Assembly: GCA_947623795.1 (NCBI GenBank)
Contig: CANQHS010000001.1
Location: 1-31,024, forward strand
DNA length: 31,024 nucleotides
Direction: 5' to 3'
Source of the DNA: an uncultured Clostridia bacterium
Lineage (GTDB): Bacteria > Bacillota > Clostridia > Christensenellales > UBA1242
Shown: piece by piece, positions 25,401 to 31,024 of the stretch
How the letters are laid out: each line of letters opens with the position of its first letter
Numbering within the stretch: position 1 is the stretch's first letter
Made by a program: the position numbers and the translations under genes
Notes under the pieces: generated by a model
Seen by the model: the letters and a program-made list of their open reading frames with translations, nothing else
What the model was told of the DNA's origin: nothing
Database searches by the model: none

Positions 25401-26536
25401 CAACGAAATTGAACAAAACTACCATCTTTGGCAATGGTAATCGCATTAATGTTATGGCAAGACATATTGAACTTAAAAAATCTACGCCAGCAAACGAACT
25501 TGGCTGGAGCGGAGGTGTTACCTTAACAAATATTTATAACCTCAAATTTTATGGTGCAAACCCTAACGAAAAAATTGTTCCAACAAATCAATCTGTTGTG
25601 CTAGTCCTCAAAAATGCATATTATTGTGACTTGCAATATTATGCAAAAATCAATGTTTCGGGCGGAACGGGCTACTTTAAAAACACAGTGCTTCACGGTG
25701 CTTCGCGTGGGGCAGTGCAACTTTATGGTAATGACATAAAAGTTTATATGGAAAATGTTGTTTTCTCAGAGTGCGTTTCGGCAATTATGTCCGAACAGTT
25801 TGCAGCTGCAAATCAGGCGTGCTACTTTAAAGGTTTTTACGATATTTTAAATTACTATAACGGTGTACAGCTGAAAGAGCTTGTTCCGGATATGGCGAAA
25901 ATGTATATCGATTATTTCCTAACAAGCGACCCCGCAACAGACCAATATGCAGAGTGGATGGGCAAAACTTTCAACGGTTATGATATTCACACACACAAGT
26001 TCGTAAACCCAATTTTCTTAGATACAACACTTAACAATAAAGCCCTTAATATCCCTTACACTTGGGACGAAAAAACAAAATCATATGTTAGAGATGTGGA
26101 CATCAATATGCCAATAACTTTGGAAGGAATGTTCTATGGTTGGACCTATAACTCGCCTGTAACGACAGATGGCGGGCAAAAAGAGGGCGGCAAATATTCA
26201 ACGCGAGATATGAGCCAACTTTTCTCAAACGATCGTTATATCCGCTTGCTTTGTCAGTATAAAAACTTTGAGGAAACAGACAATTTGGTTAAAAATGAAT
26301 CGCACATTTTGTGGCATATGCAACGCGTTTATCGTGACACCTCGCTAATTGAAGATAGGGAGCCTGACCACATAAAAGACCTTATCAATTCTCTAAAAGG
26401 CACGACTTGGCAAGATGGAACGGGCGTTAACAGCGATGGCCAAATCACAGAAAATGGAAAAGTTATAGAATCTTCAATCGTTGATGTTAACAAAATGATT
26501 TCTTGTGCAATTGAGCCAAGAAAAGAACAAGTATAA
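22418..26536 (+). CDS. Large secreted/surface protein with bacterial Ig-like (Big_2) domains
   Basis: N-terminal TM/signal; three Big_2-like repeats (IAKVDNNGIITAV..GET; WSSSNPKILDVSPSGMITA..AG.A; SSSNDEIATVTKTGAIT...G); possible beta-helix near the C-terminus; AGGAG RBS. Confidence 0.7.
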   Translation: MKKLITSTIIVLPLIILAIMLVSGALLSITTHIYVEAIELEKDDVIRLRMEDELNPPTYNLAEEVTILPLKATNRGLSYKTDDETIAKVDNNGIITAVFYGETFITVTSNENKAATAKRKVVITDTAVHAVRLNKDYETDIYEGQTHQMSATILPAEAGNQGVIWSSSNPKILDVSPSGMITARGAGKAEVIATSQEKGTIFDKLEITCHKKLLDITYSGNFQTSATHTQFPNITPLPKDDDNPENTIDPADVSYSYSSSNDEIATVTKTGAITFLQPGRVTITVSATDFNGTEVTKKQDFVSTMGYYKDSIFNSEQFLWSECHAGEQVPANWFAPQYDGTYLGFKSIECLADGINLIADMITYDSDTKTFVFGDDIECESFIQVTLTSTIYNSSLDILEVDKTETFRINKNAIESGVNAKLTLNGSELKNDKNGETNNITIHDIGDSIDLIISDASAMPKISGDCVSVTISEDGKKVTLTAKDVCTNQELILAVGVSRFKITLNIEAKANQLAVNVGDFALQDGQTYNTLLNELTFTVVPSRTDKKTITNSTISYSYDKDSWLSSTNGIINADTSRGEINFKCGNAEFKINLQTITLKDFGIRISASMSRVGGSVELYEIESVKNVETVQSFDVPSDIQDSVTLEIVPNVTILGGFGNDDNFFKSLFEINFVDTSWQAGYSASNSQITISFGGARAFDNKITVLYDDLSIDLRFVRIKLTSIDFNGFENNLHAGYQQANVFAKHSYYQSKVEYFKVPFQAYEEADTLATSDTIDTIKWQLSRYVGNSVDEQITTQIGKKVIYKGTEYTLTQDGETYVLKDKAGNNIAGKDGQNAQGITFVDIYSEPGYARVYFGNIAGLKEIDVQNDYFGNFDDNPTWSQPSDVEPDGSDRSFAHSENAFSFLRVEAGDGANNGINCHYNFNVLDDLGGGEGNKIYNIFNANGYYQFSNIVLHTSLYGPGELDGDDPKIQQKKQEAEENDLFLDYKVNESTYETTKLNKTTIFGNGNRINVMARHIELKKSTPANELGWSGGVTLTNIYNLKFYGANPNEKIVPTNQSVVLVLKNAYYCDLQYYAKINVSGGTGYFKNTVLHGASRGAVQLYGNDIKVYMENVVFSECVSAIMSEQFAAANQACYFKGFYDILNYYNGVQLKELVPDMAKMYIDYFLTSDPATDQYAEWMGKTFNGYDIHTHKFVNPIFLDTTLNNKALNIPYTWDEKTKSYVRDVDINMPITLEGMFYGWTYNSPVTTDGGQKEGGKYSTRDMSQLFSNDRYIRLLCQYKNFEETDNLVKNESHILWHMQRVYRDTSLIEDREPDHIKDLINSLKGTTWQDGTGVNSDGQITENGKVIESSIVDVNKMISCAIEPRKEQV

Positions 26537-26544
26537 TTTCAACA

Positions 26545-26574
26545 AAAAGGCTGGATTACCAGCCTTTTATTTTT
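26545..26574 (+). terminator. Rho-independent terminator
   Basis: AAAAGGCTGG-ATTA-CCAGCCTTTT plus a T-rich tail. Confidence 0.85.
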
Positions 26575-26711
26575 GCGAAAACAACGTATATTAAATGTTT
26601 TACAGATTTCAGAGTAAAGAAAGTATGAGGATTCTGCGAAATAATATCACGATTCACATACAAAAAGAGGGACATGATACGTTTCGCAAAAATAAAGAAT
26701 TTTTCACTATT

Positions 26712-27077
26712 TCAATCTATCAATTGATTAGTGTGAGTTTCGAATATGGAATCGATTGCCGCTTCTAAATATTTTTCATAGTAGCGTCCTTCGCCTTTAA
26801 ATTTGCTTGCGAAAAATATACTTGCAAGTTCTTCACCGGTAATTTTGAGTATGTTAGATCCCTCTTTAACATTGACACAATTAAAATGTTTATTAGCAAA
26901 ACGTTCAATATCATAATGTGTTAAAATTAAATTGATTTTAATATTATCGCTTAATAAAATATTATTGAACTCACTAGTACATTCAAAAATAATATCAAAA
27001 GGAATTTTTAACACCCCTCTTTTTGCGAATTCAAGAATAATGCACCCAAGAAACGCGTGTTTATCAAATATTTTCAT
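26712..27077 (-). CDS. Hypothetical protein (121 aa)
   Basis: Only long ORF in this interval; no motif recognised; lies downstream of the tRNA remnants on the same strand. Confidence 0.5.
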   Translation of the reverse strand: MKIFDKHAFLGCIILEFAKRGVLKIPFDIIFECTSEFNNILLSDNIKINLILTHYDIERFANKHFNCVNVKEGSNILKITGEELASIFFASKFKGEGRYYEKYLEAAIDSIFETHTNQLID

Positions 27078-27117
27078 AATATTTATTTATGAATTAAGAA
27101 TTTAATTGTTGCAAATT

Positions 27118-27137
27118 AAAAAACCACAAAAGTGGTT
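27118..27137 (-). terminator. Terminator downstream of the outer tRNA-Lys remnant
   Basis: Minus strand AACCAC-TTTT-GTGGTT followed by a T-run. Confidence 0.55.
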
Positions 27138-27157
27138 AAATCAAATAAATGCTTTTC

Positions 27158-27291
27158 TGGTGGACCATCGGGGACTCGAACCCCGGACCCACTGTATTCA
27201 AGTTGAGAGTGAGCGTGGCTGCTCTGCTTGCAGACACGCGAAACGCAGAATACTCCAAGCGAAGCGGAGATTAAGAGCCTCTTAATCAGTT
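27158..27291 (-). pseudogene. tRNA-Lys(CTT) 3' remnant (about positions 26-76) with a 75-bp and an 8-bp insertion
   Basis: Removing 27195-27269 and 27278-27285 restores tggtggaccatcggggactcgaaccccggacccactgattaagagtcagtt; acceptor 3' strand is AUGGUCC. Confidence 0.8.
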
Positions 27292-27320
27292 ACAAGGGGG
27301 TAAGCCCGTTTAATAAAAAA

Positions 27321-27365
27321 TGGTGGGCTGTCGGGGACTCGAACCCCGGACCCACTGATTAAGAG
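27321..27365 (-). pseudogene. tRNA-Lys(CTT) 3' half (att junction)
   Basis: 43/45 identical to 30883-30927. The two differences are in the acceptor stem (C70, A66 versus U70, G66). Identity stops exactly at the 5' edge of the anticodon loop. Confidence 0.9.
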
Positions 27366-27382
27366 AAAAAAATAGCATATTT

Positions 27383-27518
27383 TTATTAGACACTTTTTGT
27401 GTTATCTTATCCCTTAAAATGCCCTATTTTATAGACAAACTTGGGGTTGTATTGTGTTATCTTTTTCTTTTTAAAATTGTCTAATATTGTTTTAGATTTT
27501 GTAGTTTTTTATTAGACA
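27383..27518. repeat. Left cluster of putative integrase arm-type sites
   Basis: TTATTAGACA at 27383 and 27509, inverted TTGTCTAATA at 27477; TTGTGTTATCTT repeated at 27397 and 27452. Confidence 0.6.
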
Positions 27519-27619
27519 ATAAATATGGGATAATATTTAAAAGACCTTTAATAAAACGCTTTTTTTAAACTTGTAATTATGTTAAAATTAAAATATAAAT
27601 TAAAAAGGAGTTTGATAAA

Positions 27620-28462
27620 ATGAAAATTACTTTTTTAGGAACGGCCGCCGCAACGAGTTTTCCACTGACTTTTTGTCAATGTAAAAATTGTAAAGCAGCA
27701 AAAAAGCACAAAGGCAAAAGCATCCGTAAACGTTGTTCACTTTTGATTGATGACAAAATTTTAATTGATTTGTGTCCAGATTTTTTGACGGCTTTAAATA
27801 TGTATGGAAAAGATATTTCAAAGATTAAATATCTTTTACAAACCCACCCGCACTCAGACCACTTTGACGCTGGGCATTTTGTAACAAGAATGACAGACTA
27901 TGCAACTGAGAACGCACCAAATCTTGATATCGTTGCATCAAAAAACTGCCTATTAAGGATGTCGGAGATGATTAAAAGCAATGAAGATATAGATATTTTT
28001 GATAAAAAATGGCAAAAAGATTTAAATATTGCACTAAATGAAATAAAGCACGGACAAGAAATTAATTTTGAAAATTATAAGATTTTGGCAATTGAATCTT
28101 TACATGATTTGAAACAAGGTTCTTTGCTATATTTAATTGAAAAAGGAAAGTCGAGCATTTTGTACGCAACAGATACTGTCGTTTTTTCAGACAAAGCTTT
28201 AGATACTCTTAAAAATCGATGTTTAACTTGTCTTATCTTGGACCATACTTATGGTTTTGTAGAAAACCATGGAGGACATTTAAACGAAAAATTGTTTTTA
28301 CAAGAAATAGATAAGTTAAAAAAAATAAATGCTGTAAATAGCAAAACCTTAATATATGCAACACATATATCCCATGAGGGTTGTTCTTATCACGAACAAA
28401 TGGAAAAAGATGCCAAAGGAAAGTATTTAGTTGCTTATGATGGACTAGAAATCAAAATTTAG
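27620..28462 (+). CDS. MBL-fold metallohydrolase, PhnP-like phosphodiesterase (cargo)
   Basis: ITFLGT, CQCKNC structural Zn site, ILID, QTHPHSDH metal motif, YATDT, THISH; AAGGAG RBS. Confidence 0.8.
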   Translation: MKITFLGTAAATSFPLTFCQCKNCKAAKKHKGKSIRKRCSLLIDDKILIDLCPDFLTALNMYGKDISKIKYLLQTHPHSDHFDAGHFVTRMTDYATENAPNLDIVASKNCLLRMSEMIKSNEDIDIFDKKWQKDLNIALNEIKHGQEINFENYKILAIESLHDLKQGSLLYLIEKGKSSILYATDTVVFSDKALDTLKNRCLTCLILDHTYGFVENHGGHLNEKLFLQEIDKLKKINAVNSKTLIYATHISHEGCSYHEQMEKDAKGKYLVAYDGLEIKI

Positions 28463-28558
28463 ACAAAACTGTTACTATCCATAGCTTATGACAATAAAAT
28501 CCAATATTTTACAAAATTTTTTAAATTTTTTATTAAAAAATACCCTAACGATTTGTGA

Positions 28559-28703
28559 TTTTATGTCCTCATAGATATAGAGGGGATTGTTAGTTTTGGG
28601 CAGCCGAAAGTACGAATTTTGTCTAATTTTAGAAAATTTAAAACTTTTTTCTTAAAAATGACTTAACGATTTCAACTTTTATGTCCTCATAGATATAGAG
28701 GGG
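28559..28703 (+). repeat. 27-bp perfect direct repeat, two copies 118 bp apart
   Basis: TTTTATGTCCTCATAGATATAGAGGGG at 28559-28585 and 28677-28703, each preceded by TAACGATTT 4 nt upstream. Confidence 0.9.
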
Positions 28704-29162
28704 TCTTTTATTTTTGTTAGTTCTAGGTTTATTAAAAACAACAATTCCCTTGTTAAATTAGAAATTAAAAGGAGGTTTACGAGTAAAATATGTTTTTACA
28801 TTAACGAAGAGATGAATATGCGAAAAGAGTGAAAATTAAAGCCGAAAGTATAGAAATTTTTAGTAAGCAGGATAAGGAGTAGACACAAAATGCCTTGTAC
28901 CGCCACGAAAATGCCCTATTTTATAGGGGGTTTTAGGTGCGTCAGGCGGGTATGGGTGGTGGCACAATTTTGAGTCACTCCTCTTTTTCTTGGCAAACGG
29001 GATACCCGTTTCCGTTTTCGCGATTAAAATCGCTATGTTAACTTAACAAAATCTTATTAATTTGTTAGGTTTGATTAGTGCCGAAAGCCTTTCGCTCGAT
29101 GCGTAAAAGGACTATGTCACATTAGTATAGAAAGTGAGAAATTTAAAAAATGGAGATTAAAT

Positions 29163-29381
29163 ATGAATAACACAAAACTAAACACACTAAACATTTTTAC
29201 AAATTACAAAGACATAGTCAAAGTTAAAGATTTACAAAAAATGTTGGGTATTGGCAGGAATTTGGCATATGAGCTTATATCCACAAATAAAATTAAAAGC
29301 ATAAAATCTGGGAACATAATTTTAATACCAAAGCAAAATGTTATTGACTTCCTAAACGGAGGTGAGAACAATGAAAGGTAG
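29163..29381 (+). CDS. xis: Excisionase (winged HTH)
   Basis: 72 aa; VKVKDLQKMLGIGRNLAYELIS..KIKSIKSG..ILIPK; overlaps the integrase start; GGAG RBS. Confidence 0.85.
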   Translation: MNNTKLNTLNIFTNYKDIVKVKDLQKMLGIGRNLAYELISTNKIKSIKSGNIILIPKQNVIDFLNGGENNER

Positions 29382-30645
29382 TTTGCAAGTAAAACACGGA
29401 ACTTATTATGTTGTTGTCAATTACAAAGATGAATATGGCAAGCCAAAGCAAAAATGGATAAGCACAAACCTTAAAGAGCAAGGCAATAAAACAAAAGCAA
29501 AAGAAGAAATGCGAAAGATTTTGAAAAATTTTGATTTTAACAATGTTGCGGTTAAAGAAGTGGATAAAACGGAAGATATTTTGTTTGTGGACTTCCTACA
29601 AAGTTATTTACCAATAAAAAAACAACAAGTTGAACCTGTAACCTATAATGCTTATGTAAAAACTGCCGAAACAATTTGCCATTATTTTAAAAATATGAGA
29701 TTAAAACTTAAAGATTTAAAGCCATATCATATTGAGGGGTTTTATAAATCACAATACGATAAAGGCCTTTCTGGAAATAGTGTTTTAAAATATCACGTTT
29801 TAATTAGAGAGTGTTTGCAATACGGAGTAAGAAATGATTTTGTTCTAACAAATGTTGCCGACAAAGTTACAAGACCAAAAGTTACAAAATTTAAAGCAAG
29901 TTTTTATTCTGTGGAAGAAATTCAAAAATTATTTGAAGCCATTAAAGAACACGAACTACATTTACCCATAATGCTTACCGCAATGTATGGTTTTAGAAGA
30001 AGTGAAGTGCTAGGTTTAAAATGGGAAGCGATTGATTTTGAAAATAAAATAATAAAAGTACAACATAAAGTGTTAGAAACAAAAGTTGATGGCAAAAGGT
30101 GTATTTATAAATCAAACAAATTAAAAAATGAAACTAGCAACCGAATTTTACCACTCCTTCCGCAAGCGGAAGAATTATTGTTAAAACAAAAAGAGCAAAT
30201 TGAAATGAACAAAACTAAACTTGGCAAATGCTATAACGAACAAAATTTAGAATATGTTTGTGTTGATAACATTGGCAGGTTGATTTTACCAAACCGCCTA
30301 ACAAAAGCATTTAATAAAATATTAGCCAAGAACGGATTAAGGCACATTCGCTTTCACGATTTGCGACATTCGTGTGCGAGTATTATGCTTGCAAACAATG
30401 TACCAATGAAACAAATACAAGAATGGTTGGGGCACGCAGATTTTAGCACCACAGCCAATATTTACTCTCATTTGGATTATAAAACAAAAATAAACTCCGC
30501 AAACACAATCTCAAATGTTTTTGATTTTAATATTGACAAGCCAAAGCAAGAAGAAAACGAGTTGAGCACCGCTGAAATTGAAAAAGAGATACAAGAATTG
30601 CAAAAACTTTTAGAAAGGAAAAGACAAAAAGATTATGAAATGTAA
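29371..30645 (+). CDS. int: Tyrosine recombinase/integrase (Tn916/Tn1549-like), 424 aa
   Basis: GGAGGTG RBS fits ATG 29371. N-terminal arm-binding domain (YYVV..G..KQKW.ST), catalytic GFRRSE, HDLRH, LGH, IYSH. Confidence 0.95.
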   Translation: MKGSLQVKHGTYYVVVNYKDEYGKPKQKWISTNLKEQGNKTKAKEEMRKILKNFDFNNVAVKEVDKTEDILFVDFLQSYLPIKKQQVEPVTYNAYVKTAETICHYFKNMRLKLKDLKPYHIEGFYKSQYDKGLSGNSVLKYHVLIRECLQYGVRNDFVLTNVADKVTRPKVTKFKASFYSVEEIQKLFEAIKEHELHLPIMLTAMYGFRRSEVLGLKWEAIDFENKIIKVQHKVLETKVDGKRCIYKSNKLKNETSNRILPLLPQAEELLLKQKEQIEMNKTKLGKCYNEQNLEYVCVDNIGRLILPNRLTKAFNKILAKNGLRHIRFHDLRHSCASIMLANNVPMKQIQEWLGHADFSTTANIYSHLDYKTKINSANTISNVFDFNIDKPKQEENELSTAEIEKEIQELQKLLERKRQKDYEM

Positions 30646-30675
30646 AAAGGTTGGGATTAAATTCTCAACCTTTTT
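30644..30675 (+). terminator. Rho-independent terminator after the integrase
   Basis: AAAAAGGTTGGGA / TCTCAACCTTTTT stem; potentially bidirectional. Confidence 0.8.
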
Positions 30676-30704
30676 CTTATTAAAAAGTGTGGTTTTTTGA
30701 AATT

Positions 30705-30837
30705 TTTATTAGACAATTTATTAGACAAAGCCAAATTTTGCTAAATTTTTGAGATTTTGAAAGACCTATTTTAAGTGTTCAAAAAAGCACATTTTATAAA
30801 ATTTATTAGACAATTTTTAAAATTTTATTAGACAAAA
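30705..30837. repeat. Right cluster of putative integrase arm-type sites
   Basis: Four copies of TTATTAGACA, two of them in tandem (TTATTAGACAATTTATTAGACA); same motif as the left end. Confidence 0.6.
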
Positions 30838-30849
30838 TTTGAAAGATAA

Positions 30850-30879
30850 AAAACAAAAACCCCCATAAAATAGGGGTTT
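30850..30879 (-). terminator. Terminator of the intact tRNA-Lys
   Basis: Minus strand AAACCCCTA-TTTTA-TGGGGGTTT followed by a T-rich run directly after CCA. Confidence 0.7.
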
Positions 30880-30882
30880 ATT

Positions 30883-30958
30883 TGGTGGACTGCCGGGGAC
30901 TCGAACCCCGGACCCACTGATTAAGAGTCAGTTGCTCTACCAACTGAGCTAGCAGTCC
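30883..30958 (-). tRNA. tRNA-Lys(CTT), complete
   Basis: GGACTGCTAGCTCAGTTGGTAGAGCAACTGACTCTTAATCAGTGGGTCCGGGGTTCGAGTCCCCGGCAGTCCACCA; all stems paired; anticodon CTT; encoded CCA. Confidence 0.96.
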
Positions 30959-30990
30959 AAATTTGTTATTAAGTTGTGTTTTTGCCCTTC

Positions 30991-31024
30991 GATTAAGAGT
31001 CAGTTGCTCTACCAACTGAGCTAA
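30991..31024 (-). pseudogene. tRNA-Lys(CTT) 5' half truncated just after the anticodon loop (5' end outside window)
   Basis: 33 nt identical to 30919-30951. Position 7 is U (A at 31024) rather than C. Sequence after CTCTTAATC is unrelated to tRNA. Confidence 0.85.

Larger units (their letters stand above)
27357..30999. mobile_element. ~3.6 kb tyrosine-integrase integrative element in tRNA-Lys(CTT)
   Basis: Core GATTAAGAG at 27357-27365, 30919-30927 and 30991-30999; xis-int adjacent to the tRNA; TTATTAGACA arm-like repeats clustered at both ends. Confidence 0.88.

Noticed and set aside
340-27821. Numerous 60-125 aa antisense or alternative-frame ORFs in the track (e.g. 340..552, 2401..2640, 11436..11807, 21950..22324, 25005..25307)
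   Set aside because: They lie within longer, motif-supported genes, lack SD sites and show no recognisable motifs; they are treated as shadow ORFs.
27620-28462. Apyc1 anti-Pycsar or RNase Z assignment for the MBL cargo
   Set aside because: The N-terminal CxCxxC after the GT motif points to the PhnP-like branch; these alternatives cannot be supported without a phylogeny.
28780-28882. Pseudogene of an SSB-like gene (..RRDEYAKRVKIKAESIEIFSKQDKE*) after an orphan SD
   Set aside because: Too short and degenerate to assign; no valid start at proper SD spacing.
29163-30645. xis/int as the integrase of a single large prophage that includes the capsid cluster
   Set aside because: The integrase has its own att cores and arm repeats delimiting only 27357-30999; ~15 kb of host-type genes separate it from the capsid genes.
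27158-31024. CRISPR-like array from the recurring GGGGACTCGAACCCCGG palindrome
   Set aside because: The repeats are the T-arm of tRNA-Lys copies, are irregularly spaced, and no cas genes are present.

Overview
AT-rich chromosome segment of a spore-forming Clostridia-type Firmicute. From left to right: (i) the 3' end of sigG, a PdaB-like polysaccharide deacetylase and a tandem-OB SSB; (ii) a ~10 kb podovirus-like head/packaging cluster with all ORFs apparently intact (ArpU/RinA-like activator, TerL, truncated TerS-like protein, Zn-finger, portal, scaffold, major capsid, adaptor, nozzle-like protein, holin with acidic tail). It has no integrase, repressor, replication, tape-measure, fibre or endolysin genes and no visible att sites, and the activator's upstream region holds a LexA-type box and a Spo0A-type box. 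This is a candidate domesticated gene-transfer-agent-like system. (iii) tRNA-Gln(CTG), a histidine phosphatase and a GT8-cardiolipin synthase pair; (iv) a 1538-aa M60 peptidase surface protein and an ABC transporter operon ending in a 1372-aa Big_2 protein; (v) a tRNA-Lys(CTT) integration hotspot with a 3.6 kb int/xis element. That element appears to split a tRNA-Lys at the anticodon loop while carrying a complete replacement tRNA-Lys with a different, internally compensated acceptor stem. An older tRNA remnant beside it contains a 75-bp structured insert and an inverted duplication of the crossover core. All family assignments come from motif recognition by eye; no database searches were run.
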